64,000 bases of DNA, taken from an uncultured Gemmatimonadales bacterium (GTDB lineage Bacteria > Gemmatimonadota > Gemmatimonadetes > Longimicrobiales > RSA9). Position 1 is the first letter of the stretch. Each line of letters starts with the position of its first letter. Position numbers and translations under genes: made by a program. The stretch covers positions 1,184,001-1,248,000 of the forward strand of contig CAWCRS010000007.1 of assembly GCA_963798085.1 (NCBI GenBank). The letters are read 5' to 3'. Below are positions 11,996-22,606 of this stretch, piece by piece. The notes under the pieces are model-generated. The model worked only from the letters and a program-made list of their open reading frames with translations, was not told where the DNA came from and did not search any database.

Positions 11996-12175
11996 GCTGC
12001 CGTGGTCTTCCACCGAATGCACTCGCTCCTGTGTGTCAGGGTGCGGGAAGGCGCGAAGCTACCGGCGCCTGCCGTGGCGAGCAACGAAGGTGGAATGGCG
12101 GGGCAGGAGTTGCGTGCGCCCGAGGGCCGGGGCATCTTCGGCCGCAGCATAGACCTCGGTGGAAGTGCATAGCAG

Positions 12176-13264
12176 ATGAATGGCATGGAAGAGCTGATCC
12201 GCACCTGGGACGGGGAATACGTCGTGACGCGTTACGACGCAGCCTCAGGTGCCTGGATTTTCATTGCGATCCACGATCGTACGCTGGGCATGGCACTGGG
12301 CGGGTGTCGGTTGAGCGTGTATGCGTCACCCGCGGATGGCCTGCGCGATGCCATGCGTCTGTCGCAGGGGATGACCTTCAAATGGGCCGCGATCAACTTT
12401 CCCTTTGGCGGGGGGAAGACGGTGCTGGCGGTGCCGCGCGTGCTCGCACCGAGGGCGCGCGAAACGCTGCTGCTCCGTGTGGGCGACATGATCCAGTCGC
12501 TGGGCGGCACCTACGGCACTGGTGTGGATCTGGGGACGACGCCGCAGGACATGGCGGTGGTGGGGCAGCGCACGCGCTGGGTGTTCGGGCGGCCGCCCGA
12601 TCAGGGCGGCCGCGGCGACCCCGGTCCGTGGACGGCACTCGGCGTGTTCGCCGGCATCCGCGCCGCCTGCCATCATGCCTTCGGCGACGCCAGCCTGGAA
12701 GGTCGCGCGATCCTGGTGCAGGGACTGGGTGGCGTGGGCGGCCCGCTGGCGCGCAGCCTGGCCGCGGCGGGCGCGCGGCTGCTGCTCAGCGACGCACTGC
12801 CCGACCGCGTGGAGGGCCTGGCGCGCGAACTGGGCGCCGAGCTGGTGCCGCCCGAGCGCGCCTACACCACCGCGTGCGATGTGTTCGCGCCCTGTGCCAT
12901 TGGCGGCGTGCTCAACGAGCGCAGCATCGGCCAGCTGCGCTGCCGCGTGGTGGCCGGGTCCGCAAACAATCAGTTAGAAAAAGACGCGGATGCCGCGATC
13001 CTGCAGCAGGAAGGCATCCTGTACGCGCCTGATTTCGTGATCAATGCGGGCGGCGCCATTGCCCACGGCTCGCTGGAAGTGCTGGGCTGGACGGAAGAAC
13101 AGGCGCAGGCGAGGATCGAACAGATCTACGACACGCTGGATGAGATCATGAGCGAAGCGGAGCGGCGCGGCGAGTCGCCTCTGCTGGGAGCCGTGCGCCG
13201 CGCCGATCGCATCCTCGAAGAAGCGCGCGACGCGAGAGAACGCGGCGCGCTCCAGCCCGCCTGA
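12176..13264 (+). CDS. Leu/Phe/Val dehydrogenase
   Basis: IAIHDRTLGMALGGCR, RLSQGMTFK, GGGK, VQGLGGVG, FAPCAIGG, GSANNQL, APDFVINAGG. Confidence 0.92.
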   Translation: MNGMEELIRTWDGEYVVTRYDAASGAWIFIAIHDRTLGMALGGCRLSVYASPADGLRDAMRLSQGMTFKWAAINFPFGGGKTVLAVPRVLAPRARETLLLRVGDMIQSLGGTYGTGVDLGTTPQDMAVVGQRTRWVFGRPPDQGGRGDPGPWTALGVFAGIRAACHHAFGDASLEGRAILVQGLGGVGGPLARSLAAAGARLLLSDALPDRVEGLARELGAELVPPERAYTTACDVFAPCAIGGVLNERSIGQLRCRVVAGSANNQLEKDADAAILQQEGILYAPDFVINAGGAIAHGSLEVLGWTEEQAQARIEQIYDTLDEIMSEAERRGESPLLGAVRRADRILEEARDARERGALQPA

Positions 13265-13265
13265 G

Positions 13266-14741
13266 ATGGCCATCGACAATCTGCGCGAATTTCTCGACCT
13301 GCTGGAACGGGAAGGCGAGCTGGTCCGCATTCGCGAGCCGCTGCGCGTGCACCTGGAAATCGCCGAAGTCGCCGACCGTGTGATGAAGCAGCCGGGTGGC
13401 GGCAAGGCGCTCCTCTTCGAGAGACCCGTGCTGGCTGACGGCAGCGTCAGCGAACTGCCCGTCGCCATCAACACGTTCGGCTCCTGGCGGCGCATGGCCC
13501 TGGCGCTGGGCGTGGATGATGTCGCAGAGCACGCGGACCGCCTGGCCGAGCTGCTCCATCCCGATGTGCCAAAGGGCTTCTGGGCGAAAGTGCAGCTGCT
13601 GCCGCGCTTCGCGGAGCTGGCGCGCGTTCCGCCGCGCGAGCAGCGCGGGCGCGCACCCTGCCAGGAGATCGTGCTGGACGGCGCCGCCGCAGATCTCTCA
13701 CGACTGCCCATCATGACGTCGTGGCCCGGCGACGCCGGTCCCTTCATCACACTGCCCATGGTGGTCACGCGCGACCCGGAGACGGGCGTGCAGAACCTGG
13801 GCACGTACCGCATGCAGGTGACGGGACCGCAAAGCGCGTTCATGCACTGGCAGCGTCACAAGGGCGGCGCCGCGCATTACCGGCGCTGGCGCGATATGCA
13901 GGAACCGCGCATGCCGGTGGCAATCGCGCTGGGCGCTGACCCGACGACGATGTACACACCGACCGCGCCCCTGCCGCCGGGTATCGACGAGTACCTCTTC
14001 AGCGGGTTCCTGCGGCGCGCGCCACTGCACGTCACGAATGCGACTAACAGTGAGCTGCGGGTGCCCGCCGAGTCCGACATCGTGCTCGAGGGCTACGTCG
14101 ACACCACCGAGCCGCTGGGCCTCGAGGGACCGTTCGGCGATCACACCGGCTTCTACACGCCGCCCGACTGGTTTCCGGTGTTCCACCTGGAACGCATCAC
14201 CATGCGGCGAGGCGCGATCTACCCGTCGACCATCGTGGGCCGGCCGCCCATGGAAGATTTCTACCTGGGCGGCGCGACCGAGCGGATCTTTCTGCCGCTG
14301 CTGCGCATGACGATGCCGGAAATCGTCGATTACCACATGCCCGCCGAAGGCATCTTCCACAACCTCGTGCTCGTCAGCATTCGCAAGGAGTATCCCGGCC
14401 AGGCGAGCAAGGTGATGAACGGGCTGTGGGGCCAGGGCCTCATGAGCCTGGCAAAAGTGATCGTCGTGGTGGACCACTTCATCGATGTGAAGAAGCCGCA
14501 GGACGTGTGGTGGTACGCGCTGAACAACATCGATCCGCAGCGCGATGTGCACTTCACGTTCGGTCCCGCGGACGATCTGGATCATTCCGCGCGCGGCCCC
14601 GCATTCGGTTCCAAAATGGGCATCGACGGCACGCGCAAATTCGCGGAAGAAGGCTTCACCAGGCCGTGGCCCGATATGATCGAGATGGATGAGGCGGTGA
14701 AGGCGCGCATAAACGAGCTCTGGGCGGGACTGGGTCTGTGA
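13266..14741 (+). CDS. UbiD-family decarboxylase (menaquinone/futalosine pathway, MqnL-like)
   Basis: NLGTYRMQV, MHWQRHK, EGPFGDHTGFY, GRPPMED, SKMGIDGT. Confidence 0.93.
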   Translation: MAIDNLREFLDLLEREGELVRIREPLRVHLEIAEVADRVMKQPGGGKALLFERPVLADGSVSELPVAINTFGSWRRMALALGVDDVAEHADRLAELLHPDVPKGFWAKVQLLPRFAELARVPPREQRGRAPCQEIVLDGAAADLSRLPIMTSWPGDAGPFITLPMVVTRDPETGVQNLGTYRMQVTGPQSAFMHWQRHKGGAAHYRRWRDMQEPRMPVAIALGADPTTMYTPTAPLPPGIDEYLFSGFLRRAPLHVTNATNSELRVPAESDIVLEGYVDTTEPLGLEGPFGDHTGFYTPPDWFPVFHLERITMRRGAIYPSTIVGRPPMEDFYLGGATERIFLPLLRMTMPEIVDYHMPAEGIFHNLVLVSIRKEYPGQASKVMNGLWGQGLMSLAKVIVVVDHFIDVKKPQDVWWYALNNIDPQRDVHFTFGPADDLDHSARGPAFGSKMGIDGTRKFAEEGFTRPWPDMIEMDEAVKARINELWAGLGL

Positions 14742-15701
14742 ACGGATCCGCGGCATCGTCCGGGCGACGCGAGGGTCAGGTCGTTGCGGGTGGTTCACTG
14801 CTGGCGCGCTACGCCAGTATGGTGAAATTGCCGCACACACTGTTCGCGCTGCCCTTCGCCGGCCTGGGCGCCGTGCTGGCCAGCTATCGCTTCGAGGCGG
14901 GCGTGACCGCTGGTGCCGTGTTATGGATCGCGCTGGCGTTCACGGCCGCGCGCTTTGCGGCGATGGGCTTCAACCGCATCGTCGATCGCGAACTGGATGC
15001 GCGCAACCCGCGCACGCAGCAGCGCGAACTGCCCGCCGGCCGGTTGAGCGTGGCGCAGGCCGTGCTGGGCGTGCTCGCGGCGGCCGTCGTTTTCGTGGTC
15101 GCTGCATTCCGCCTGAATCCGCTCTGCGGGGAACTGGCACCGATCGCGCTGGTGTGGGTCTTCTTCTACTCGTACACGAAGCGCTTCACCCGCTGGTCGC
15201 ATCCCGTACTGGGCATGGCTCTCGGGATTGCGCCCGTCGGCGGATACCTCGCCATTGCCGGCCGCTGGAGTGATCCATGGTACGCGCTCATCGTGCTGGC
15301 CGCCGCGGTCACATTCTGGGTGGCGGGGTTCGATGTCATCTACTCCATGCAGGACATTCGAATTCGATCGTGCGGCCGGCCTGCACTCGTTTGCGGCGCG
15401 ACACGGCGCGCGCGCAGCCATTCTGCTGGCGCGCGTGTTCCACGCCATTGCGGTTGCGCTGTTCCTGTTCCTCTGGGTGGCACAGCTGTTCCCGGTAGGC
15501 AGGCTCTATCTTGCCGGCGTGCTGGTGGCGGCGGCGCTGCTGGTCTACGAGAACTGGGCGGTGCGGCACGCCGCCGCGCACGGGCTCGAACTGCGTGTTA
15601 TCGATGTGGCGTTCTTCCGCGCCAACATCGGGGTCTCGCTCAGTCTGTTCGCTCTCTGTCTGCTCGACCGGCTGACGGCGCTCGCCGCCGGGGCGTCATG
15701 A
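14738..15701 (+). CDS. UbiA-family prenyltransferase (MqnP-like); +1 frameshift near 15357 (likely sequence error)
   Basis: KLPHTLFALPFA, NRIVDRELDARNPRT, YSYTKRFT, AGFDVIYSMQD then, in shifted frame, EFDRAAGLHS...AFFRAN. Confidence 0.9.
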
Positions 15702-16294
15702 GGAGCGGCGCACCCCTGACGCTCGCCATTACCGGAGCGTCCGGCGCGCCCTACGCCGTGCGCCTGCTGCAGCAGCTGATCGCGCACGGTTCGGCCGTTC
15801 GCCTGATCATCTCCGAAACCGGCTGGCGCTTGCTGGCAGAGGAAGCGGGCATCGAATCAGCCGATGGCCTGCGTGCGGCAACCGGCGACTGGACCCACGT
15901 CACGGCATACGACGATGCGGATCGGGGCGCGACGCCCGCCTCGGGCTCCACCGCTTCGGCAGGAATGGTCGTCTGTCCCTGCTCGATGGGAACTCTGGCC
16001 AGCATTGCACAGGGCACCACGCGGTCGCTCATCGAACGGGCGGCCAATGTTGCGCTCAAGGAGCGCCGCAAGCTGATCCTGGTGCCCCGCGAAACGCCCT
16101 ACAGCGTGATCCATCTCGAGAACATGCTGCGTATCACGCAGGCCGGCGCGATCGTGCTGCCGGCGTCGCCGGGCTTCTACCATCGGCCGGCGCGCATTGA
16201 AGAGCTGGTCGACTTCATCACCGGCCGCATTCTCTCGCAGCTGGGCATCGAGCACGGCATCGGGCCGCGCTGGACTGCGGGCGAGTCGGCCTGA
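15698..16294 (+). CDS. ubiX: Flavin prenyltransferase UbiX family
   Basis: AITGASGAPY, ASGS, PCSMGTL, LKERRKLILVPRETP, PASPGFY. Confidence 0.95.
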   Translation: MRSGAPLTLAITGASGAPYAVRLLQQLIAHGSAVRLIISETGWRLLAEEAGIESADGLRAATGDWTHVTAYDDADRGATPASGSTASAGMVVCPCSMGTLASIAQGTTRSLIERAANVALKERRKLILVPRETPYSVIHLENMLRITQAGAIVLPASPGFYHRPARIEELVDFITGRILSQLGIEHGIGPRWTAGESA

Positions 16295-16298
16295 ACCC

Positions 16299-16775
16299 AT
16301 GCGCATCGGCCTCATCAGCGACACGCACGGCCGGCTGCGGCGCGAGGTCTTCCAGCATTTCGACGGCGTCGACCGCATCCTGCACGCCGGCGACATCGGC
16401 GGCGCCGACATCCTGAGCGAACTGGAGACCATAGCGCCGGTGGATGCGGTCTTCGGCAATACCGACACGTTCGAGATGCGGGCGCGCGTTCCGGAAATCG
16501 TGGAGCGCGAGCTGGAAGGGCGGCGATTTCTGCTGCTGCACGGGCATCAGCTCGGGGCACCGACGCCGGAGCGTCTGGCGGCTGCGTATCCCGCATCGGA
16601 CATCATCGTGTTCGGGCACACGCATCGCCCCACACACCGGCACATCCTGCGACAGCTCTTTCTCAATCCGGGTGGCGCCGGTGCGCCGCGTTTTGGCGTT
16701 CCCGCCTCGATTGCGGTGCTCGAGTTGAAGCCGGGGAGCGGTGAGGATTTCGCGCTGATCGTGCTGGAGCACTGA
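16299..16775 (+). CDS. Metallophosphoesterase (YfcE/MJ0936 family)
   Basis: ISDTH, HAGD, GNTD, HGH, GHTH, NPG. Confidence 0.92.
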   Translation: MRIGLISDTHGRLRREVFQHFDGVDRILHAGDIGGADILSELETIAPVDAVFGNTDTFEMRARVPEIVERELEGRRFLLLHGHQLGAPTPERLAAAYPASDIIVFGHTHRPTHRHILRQLFLNPGGAGAPRFGVPASIAVLELKPGSGEDFALIVLEH

Positions 16776-16786
16776 GGCGCGGCGGG

Positions 16787-17902
16787 TCAGACCGGAAGTC
16801 CGGCCGGCACCGCGGCATCATCGGGATGCCAGGTGCGGCTCAGCTCTTCGGGATGGTTGCGGAACCAGGCAGCGACCATGAGGATCTCGCTCGCCGCCGT
16901 GGCATCGATGCCGTCCCGGCCGCGCGGCGCGGCGCGCAGCAGCATCGCCGCGCGCGCGCGCAGCTGCTGCATCTCCTGGTCGTCGCGGGGCGCCGGCAGT
17001 TCTGCCAGCACGAGGCCGTGGCGCAGAACGTAGATCCGCTCCTGGTCTGCCCCGGCGACTGTGTACACGAAAGTCAGCGCCTCGATCGTGCTGCGCAGCG
17101 CCACGAGTTCCTCACGCAGCTCCTCCAGCCGGTGGATGCGATCACGCAGCGTGGCGGCGTACTCGAAGTGCGTCCGCGACGACGCCGCTTCCATGCGCTC
17201 GCGCAGGCGCTGCAGCGGCGCATCGGCTTCGCCCTGCAGGAAGCGCAGCGTGAGCTCGGCCCGTGCCCGGTATTCGTGCCGGGCACAGCGACCGGCGCAG
17301 GGTGCCATGCAGCGGCCCAGGTCGCCGCGCAGACAGAGCGGCGCCTTCGCTTCCATGGCGAAGAATTCCAGCTGGTCGGTGAACCGTAACGGTGTGTTAG
17401 AAGCGCAGTCGCGCAGCTCCAGCACATCCGCGATCTCACGCACTGCTGCACGCACCCGCTCCGGTCCGGCGAACGGCCCGAAGTAGCGCGCGCCGTCGGC
17501 CACCACGCGCGGCACGGCCTGCAGCCGCGCCGCAGACTCGCGCGTGAGCCGGATGAAGCAGAAGCTGCGGTCCCGCTTGTGCACCACGTTGTACGGCGGG
17601 CGCCAGCGCTTGATGCTCTGCATCTCCAGCAGCAGCGCAGCAAACTCGCCGGGCACGTACTCCCACTCAATGCGGTGTGTGTGCCGCAGCAGCTCCTCAC
17701 CCTTGGCGCCTCGACGCTCGCGGAAATAGCCGAGCAGCCGCGTGCGCACGCGGATGGATTTGCCCACGTAGAGCACCCGCTCGCCCGGCCCGATCATGCG
17801 GTAGACGCCCGGTCGGTTTTCGGCCAATGCACGCACCTGCGCACGCAGCGCCTCGGCGGGCACCGGGTGGCTGATCGCGGGTGTGGTGGCGAGCGCCGGC
17901 AT
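16787..17902 (-). CDS. GIY-YIG nuclease with Cys-rich and UVR domains (UvrC N-terminal half / Cho-like)
   Basis: PGVYRM...LYVGKS, ALLLE...PPYN, LRDC...CLRGDLGRCMAPC, FEYAATLRDRI; no RNase H-like or HhH domains. Confidence 0.85.
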   Translation of the reverse strand: MPALATTPAISHPVPAEALRAQVRALAENRPGVYRMIGPGERVLYVGKSIRVRTRLLGYFRERRGAKGEELLRHTHRIEWEYVPGEFAALLLEMQSIKRWRPPYNVVHKRDRSFCFIRLTRESAARLQAVPRVVADGARYFGPFAGPERVRAAVREIADVLELRDCASNTPLRFTDQLEFFAMEAKAPLCLRGDLGRCMAPCAGRCARHEYRARAELTLRFLQGEADAPLQRLRERMEAASSRTHFEYAATLRDRIHRLEELREELVALRSTIEALTFVYTVAGADQERIYVLRHGLVLAELPAPRDDQEMQQLRARAAMLLRAAPRGRDGIDATAASEILMVAAWFRNHPEELSRTWHPDDAAVPAGLPV

Positions 17903-17933
17903 CTCGCGTCCTGAAAGAGTGGGACAGGGGGAA

Positions 17934-17950
17934 CCGAAGATCTGCCGAAG
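17934..17950. promoter_or_regulatory. Direct repeat CCGAAG-N5-CCGAAG (candidate SOS operator) upstream of Cho-like gene
   Basis: CCGAAGatctgCCGAAG overlaps spacer and -10 of minus-strand TTGACG(17965-17960)-N17-GATCTT; same repeat at recA. Confidence 0.6.
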
Positions 17951-17990
17951 CCTCCCCCGCGTCAAGACGGCTGCGGCCGGGACCCGAGAT

Positions 17991-18815
17991 TCAGCGCTGA
18001 CAGGTGGGGCAGTAGAAGGCAGCGCGGTTGCTGCGCACGACGCGGCGGATGGGCGTGCCGCAGTTGAGGCAGGGTTCGTGCTCGCGGTCGTAGACGCGCA
18101 GGTGGAACTGGAAGCTGCCGGCGCGGCCTTCGCCGTCGCGATAGTCACTCACGGTAGTGCCGCGAGCGGTCACGGCTTCGGCGAGGACGTCCTGGACGGC
18201 GGCGTGCAGGGCGGAAGTCTCAGCGCGCCGCAGGGTGCGGGTACGTCGCGTGGGCCGGATGCCGGCGCGGTGCAGCGCCTCGCTCGCGTAGATGTTGCCC
18301 ACGCCTGCGACGCGGCGCTGGTCCAGCAGCCAGTTGCGGATGGGTGTGATGGAACCACGGGTCAGCGCGTGCAGCCGCTCCGGCGTGAATTCCGGCGACA
18401 GCGGCTCGACGCCGAGCTGGGCGGAGCGTTCCTGCCATTCACTGTGGTCGCGCAGATCCAGTCGGCCGAAGCGCCGGGCATCGTCGTAGAAGATGGCGCG
18501 GCCATCGGCCAGGTCGAGACGAGCCGCTACATGTGTCAGCTCGCGCGACAGTGCGGGCGGGCCCACCTGCACGTGCCCGGTCATGCCCAGGCTGATGACC
18601 AGACGCCAACCGCCCTCGAGCTCGAGGACCACGGCTTTGGCGCGGCGGGTGACCGCCAGGATGCGTTTGCCACGCAGCACGCGTCCGAGCCGGACCGCTG
18701 TGAGGTTGCGCGCCAGGATGTCCGGCCGGATGACCTTCACGCCGCGCACGGTGGCGCCGGCCACGGTGCGCTGCAGGTCGCGGACGATGGTCTCAGCTTC
18801 GGGCAGCTCGGGCAT
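17991..18815 (-). CDS. mutM: Formamidopyrimidine-DNA glycosylase
   Basis: MPELPEAE N-terminus, RRAK, LGMTG, DARRFG, GVGNIYASE, C-terminal CxxC...CxxC zinc finger. Confidence 0.96.
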   Translation of the reverse strand: MPELPEAETIVRDLQRTVAGATVRGVKVIRPDILARNLTAVRLGRVLRGKRILAVTRRAKAVVLELEGGWRLVISLGMTGHVQVGPPALSRELTHVAARLDLADGRAIFYDDARRFGRLDLRDHSEWQERSAQLGVEPLSPEFTPERLHALTRGSITPIRNWLLDQRRVAGVGNIYASEALHRAGIRPTRRTRTLRRAETSALHAAVQDVLAEAVTARGTTVSDYRDGEGRAGSFQFHLRVYDREHEPCLNCGTPIRRVVRSNRAAFYCPTCQR

Positions 18816-20088
18816 GCCGCTCCAGCTCGCGCCAGCCGATGTCGCGCCGGTACTGCTTCCCCTCGAAGGCAATCGCATCGGCCGCCGCGCGGCTGCGGGC
18901 GGCGGCCTGCTCGAGTGAGGGTGCCAGCGCGGTAACGGCGAGCACGCGCCCGCCATCGGTAACAGGCTGTTTGCCATCCAGCCGCGTGCCCGCGTGGAAC
19001 ACCAGCACGTCGTCGGACTCCGACACTTCGGGAGGGATGTGGATGGGCACGCCCCGCGTGGAGCGCTCCGGGTAGCCGGCGGAAGCGAGCACGGTGGTGA
19101 GCGCGGCTGCGTGCCGCCATTCCAGACGCGTGCCCGCCAGCGAGCCGCCGTGCGCGATTGCCAGCAGCGGATCCAGCAGCGGCGAGTCGAGCAGTGGCAG
19201 CAGCGCCTCTGTTTCCGGGTCGCCGAAGCGCGCATTGAACTCGATGACCTGCGGACCGCTGGCGCTGAGCATGAGTCCGGCGTAGAGCAGGCCGCGGAAG
19301 GGCCGGCCCGCTTCGCGCAGGGCGAGCAGCACGGGCTCGAAGATGGCGGAGCGCGCGCTCTCGATAACTGCGCTGTCCGCAAGGGATACCGGCGCATAGG
19401 CGCCCATGCCGCCCGTATTGGGACCCGTGTCGCCTTCACCAATGCGCTTGTGATCCTGCGCGGGCAGCATGAGCAGCGCGTGGGTACCGTCCGTGAGCGC
19501 GAAGATGGACAGTTCTTCGCCTTCCAGGAATTGCTCGATGACGATCTCGCGCCCCGCCTCGCCGAAAGCGGAGCCGGCGAGCATGCTGCGCGCGGCGGTG
19601 GCGGCGGCGGCGGTGTCATCGCATACCACGGCGCCTTTGCCGGCGGCCAGCCCGGAAGCCTTCACGACGAGCGGCGCGCCGCAGCGCTCGATGAACGCTA
19701 ACGCCGGTGTCAGCGTGGTGAAGGACTGGAACGCGGCCGTGGGTACGCCCGCGCTGGCCATGAGCTGTTTAGCGTATGCCTTGGATGCTTCAATGGCGGC
19801 GGCTGCGCGCGTCGGACCGAAGGCCGCGAGGCCGCGCGCGGCGAACGCATCCACGAGGCCGAGCGCCAGAGGCGCTTCCGGGCCGACCACGGTGAGATCG
19901 ATGCGCTCGCCCTCCGCCCATGAAACGAGGCCGTCCACATCATCGGGCGCGATGGCGATGGATTCGGCGAGCTGGGCGGTGCCCGCATTGCCACGGGTGA
20001 TGAAGCAGCGGGCGGCGGGCCGGTCATGGTGGAGCTGGTGCAGCAGCGCGTGTTCGCGGCCGCCATGGCCCACCATGAGGATTTTCAT
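18793..20088 (-). CDS. purD: Phosphoribosylamine--glycine ligase
   Basis: GGREHAL, VVGPEAPL, KASGLAAGKG, QDHKR, GPNTGGMG, EFNARFGDPE. Confidence 0.97.
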   Translation of the reverse strand: MKILMVGHGGREHALLHQLHHDRPAARCFITRGNAGTAQLAESIAIAPDDVDGLVSWAEGERIDLTVVGPEAPLALGLVDAFAARGLAAFGPTRAAAAIEASKAYAKQLMASAGVPTAAFQSFTTLTPALAFIERCGAPLVVKASGLAAGKGAVVCDDTAAAATAARSMLAGSAFGEAGREIVIEQFLEGEELSIFALTDGTHALLMLPAQDHKRIGEGDTGPNTGGMGAYAPVSLADSAVIESARSAIFEPVLLALREAGRPFRGLLYAGLMLSASGPQVIEFNARFGDPETEALLPLLDSPLLDPLLAIAHGGSLAGTRLEWRHAAALTTVLASAGYPERSTRGVPIHIPPEVSESDDVLVFHAGTRLDGKQPVTDGGRVLAVTALAPSLEQAAARSRAAADAIAFEGKQYRRDIGWRELERHARAARS

Positions 20089-20114
20089 GGAACGACTCCC
20101 GCGCCGGAATGCGT

Positions 20115-20144
20115 CGGCCGGGGGACCGCGAGGTCCCCCGGCCG
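20115..20144. terminator. Strong hairpin between M48 gene and purD
   Basis: 13-bp perfect stem CGGCCGGGGGACC/GGTCCCCCGGCCG, 4-nt loop; no U-tract. Confidence 0.45.
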
Positions 20145-20157
20145 GGCGCGGAAGCTA

Positions 20158-21135
20158 TCAGCGGCGCATGTTGTCGGCAAACTTGTCGCGCGCACCGCGA
20201 ATCGCATCACCGAACTGACGCAGCACGGACTGCGCATCTTCCTTGTAGGCGCGCATGGCGTCGGCCAGATCATCGCTGTACGGCGTCTGTTCGTCGGTGC
20301 GGCGGCGATACTCGCCGCGCATGATGCGATCGTACTCGCCGGCCTCGATCCAATCGCGTGCTTCGGCAGCACGCAGCACGTGGAACGGATGCGTAGTGCC
20401 CAGCAGGTTGAGCACCTTGAAGACGATGTCCGCGACATCGCCGCTCTCGCGGTACTCATCGGCCTGGCGCAGGAATTCGTTGAGGTCGGTCTCTTCCGCG
20501 GTCCCGCCGCCCGCGAGCTTCATGAAGGAGCGCAGCGTGGCTTCGGGATTCTGTACGGCGAGCAGACCTGCGCGATCACTGGACAGCTCCGCCTTGCGGC
20601 TCCACTCGAGCAGCGCCATGAGGATCGCACGCGCCGCCAGCCCGACGATGGGGAAGCCGAGTGATGCGAGCTGCAGCAGCAGCACCGTCATCGTGCGATA
20701 CAGCACGTGTCCGCTGAGCACGTGACCGAGCTCGTGACCGAGCAGGTAGGTCATCTCGTCGTCATCGAGCAGCCGCAGCGAGCCCGAATTGAGCACGATG
20801 AACGGGCGGTCCATGCCGTAGGCGCCGGCGTTGACCAGCGGTGTCTGCGACACGAACAGCTCGTAGCGCTCGGGCGAATCCAGCGTCTCGAGCACTTCGA
20901 GATAGCGCTCCCAGATCCTGGGGAACTGCTTCTCGGACACGCGCACGGCATTGGCCTGGAAGGCGAGACGGATGGGCTTCTCACCGAAGAAGCCGAACAC
21001 CTTCTTCAACACTTCGTCGAATGCGGGGATGCGGCGCAGTGCGGCGAGGGCCGCGCGATCGGCCGGGTGTTCCCAAGTGCTGGGGTGGATATCGCGCAGG
21101 ATGCGACGCGTTCTGGGAACGTTGTTCGTGGCCAT
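20158..21135 (-). CDS. M48 family (HtpX-like) zinc metalloprotease
   Basis: WEHPADRAAL, NAGAYG, GHELGH, AELSSDRAG, THP. Confidence 0.92.
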   Translation of the reverse strand: MATNNVPRTRRILRDIHPSTWEHPADRAALAALRRIPAFDEVLKKVFGFFGEKPIRLAFQANAVRVSEKQFPRIWERYLEVLETLDSPERYELFVSQTPLVNAGAYGMDRPFIVLNSGSLRLLDDDEMTYLLGHELGHVLSGHVLYRTMTVLLLQLASLGFPIVGLAARAILMALLEWSRKAELSSDRAGLLAVQNPEATLRSFMKLAGGGTAEETDLNEFLRQADEYRESGDVADIVFKVLNLLGTTHPFHVLRAAEARDWIEAGEYDRIMRGEYRRRTDEQTPYSDDLADAMRAYKEDAQSVLRQFGDAIRGARDKFADNMRR

Positions 21136-21213
21136 GGTCTCGCTCCGTTCAGGTTACAGCCAGCGCGTACGAGCCCTCGTGCGCGGGCACGCCCGGGAAA
21201 GCACTCCCGACCG

Positions 21214-21240
21214 TACGTCAGCGGCTGGTGACCGGTTTCC
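21214..21240 (-). promoter_or_regulatory. Putative ECF promoter GGAAAC-N17-CGTA upstream of M48 protease
   Basis: Same elements and spacing as the motif ahead of the ECF sigma gene. Confidence 0.6.
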
Positions 21241-21320
21241 CGCTGATCGCTCTGCCGCTGCCGGTCGCCCCGACGCACCGACACGCAGTCAGGCAGCGGT
21301 GTTACGCAGGCTCGCCCCGT

Positions 21321-22476
21321 TCAGAGACGGGCCAGCGCCTGGTCCAGATCGGCCAGGAGATCCCCTTCATCTTCGACCCCCACCGAGAGCCGCAGCAGTG
21401 AATCGGATACACCCATGCGCTCGCGCATATCCTTCGGCACTGATGCGTGCGTCATGATGGCCGGGGTGCACGATCAGGCTTTCTACCCCGCCCAGGCTTT
21501 CGGCGAGCGCGAACAGGCGAGTGGACTCGGCCACGACCCGCGCGCGCTCCAGCGTGTCCAGCTCGAAGCTGACCATACCCGAGAAGCCGCGCATCTGACG
21601 CCTGGCCAGCTCGTGCTGGGGATGATCGGGCAACCCCGGATAGAAGACCTGTGACACCCGCGGATGGGCTGCGAGGTACTCGGCCACGCGCTGGCCGTTG
21701 TGATTGTGCCGTTCCATGCGCAAATGCAGCGTCTTGGTGCCGCGCAGGATCAGCCAGGAATCCCACGGGCCGGGCACGCCCCCGGTCGCCTTCTGCATGA
21801 AGCGGAGGTCCTCAGCCACGCGATCATCATTGGTGACGACGATGCCGCCCACCACATCGGAGTGTCCGTTCAGGTACTTGGTGCTGGAGTGCACGACCAT
21901 GTCCGCGCCCAGTGCGAGCGGCCGCTGGTTGTACGGTGAAGCGAACGTGTTGTCGACGGCCATCTGCGCGCCGGCGGAATGCACCAGCTGCGCGATGGCG
22001 CGGATGTCACTCACGCGCATCATGGGGTTGGTGGGTGTCTCGACCAGCACGAGCCGGGTTTCGGGACGCAGGGCCAGGCGCACGCACTCGGGATCGCGGG
22101 AATCGACAGGCGTGAACCTGAGGCCGAGGCGTGCGAACACCTGCGCGAACATGCGATGCGTGCCGCCGTAGACATTCTCTTCGTAGACGACGTGGGCGCC
22201 GGCACTCAAGCGCTTGATCATGGCCTCGATCGCAGCCAGTCCGCTCGAGAAGGCGACGCCGTGACGTCCACCTTCCAGCGCGGCGATATTGTCCTGCATG
22301 GCCTCGCGCGTGGGGTTCTGCACGCGGGCGTACTCGTAGCCGTTCAGCGGCTGGCCGAGGCGAGGCTGCACATAGGTGGACGTCTGATAGATGGGCATCA
22401 TGATGGCGCCGGTGCGCGGGTCCGGTGATTGACCCGCGTGAACGGCGATGGTACCGAATCCGGGTGCCTCGCTCAT
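21321..22476 (-). CDS. Cystathionine gamma-synthase/lyase family PLP enzyme; +1 frameshift in homopolymer 21463-21466
   Basis: [48 protein letters not shown]; shifted frame continues [11 protein letters not shown]...[10 protein letters not shown] to TGA at 21321. Confidence 0.92.
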
Positions 22477-22606
22477 GCCTGTCTCTCTCAAGGAAGTTTT
22501 TGTCAGGACCGAAGATAAGAGGCGAACCGCGTTGCCGCCAAGACGGTTTCACCGGGAACGCGGGGGCTCGCCTCGCGCTTGTTTCGACAGCCAGCACGAG
22601 GAGCAA

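Noticed and set aside
14738..16294. Apparent 518-aa UbiA-UbiX fusion ORF
   Set aside because: Artefact of the +1 insertion near 15357; the true UbiA C-terminus is in another frame ending at 15701 and ubiX has its own ATG at 15698
22509..22551. CCGAAG half-site and TGAAAC upstream of the cystathionine lyase/synthase gene
   Set aside because: No second CCGAAG at the 11-bp period and no CGTA at 16-17 nt spacing
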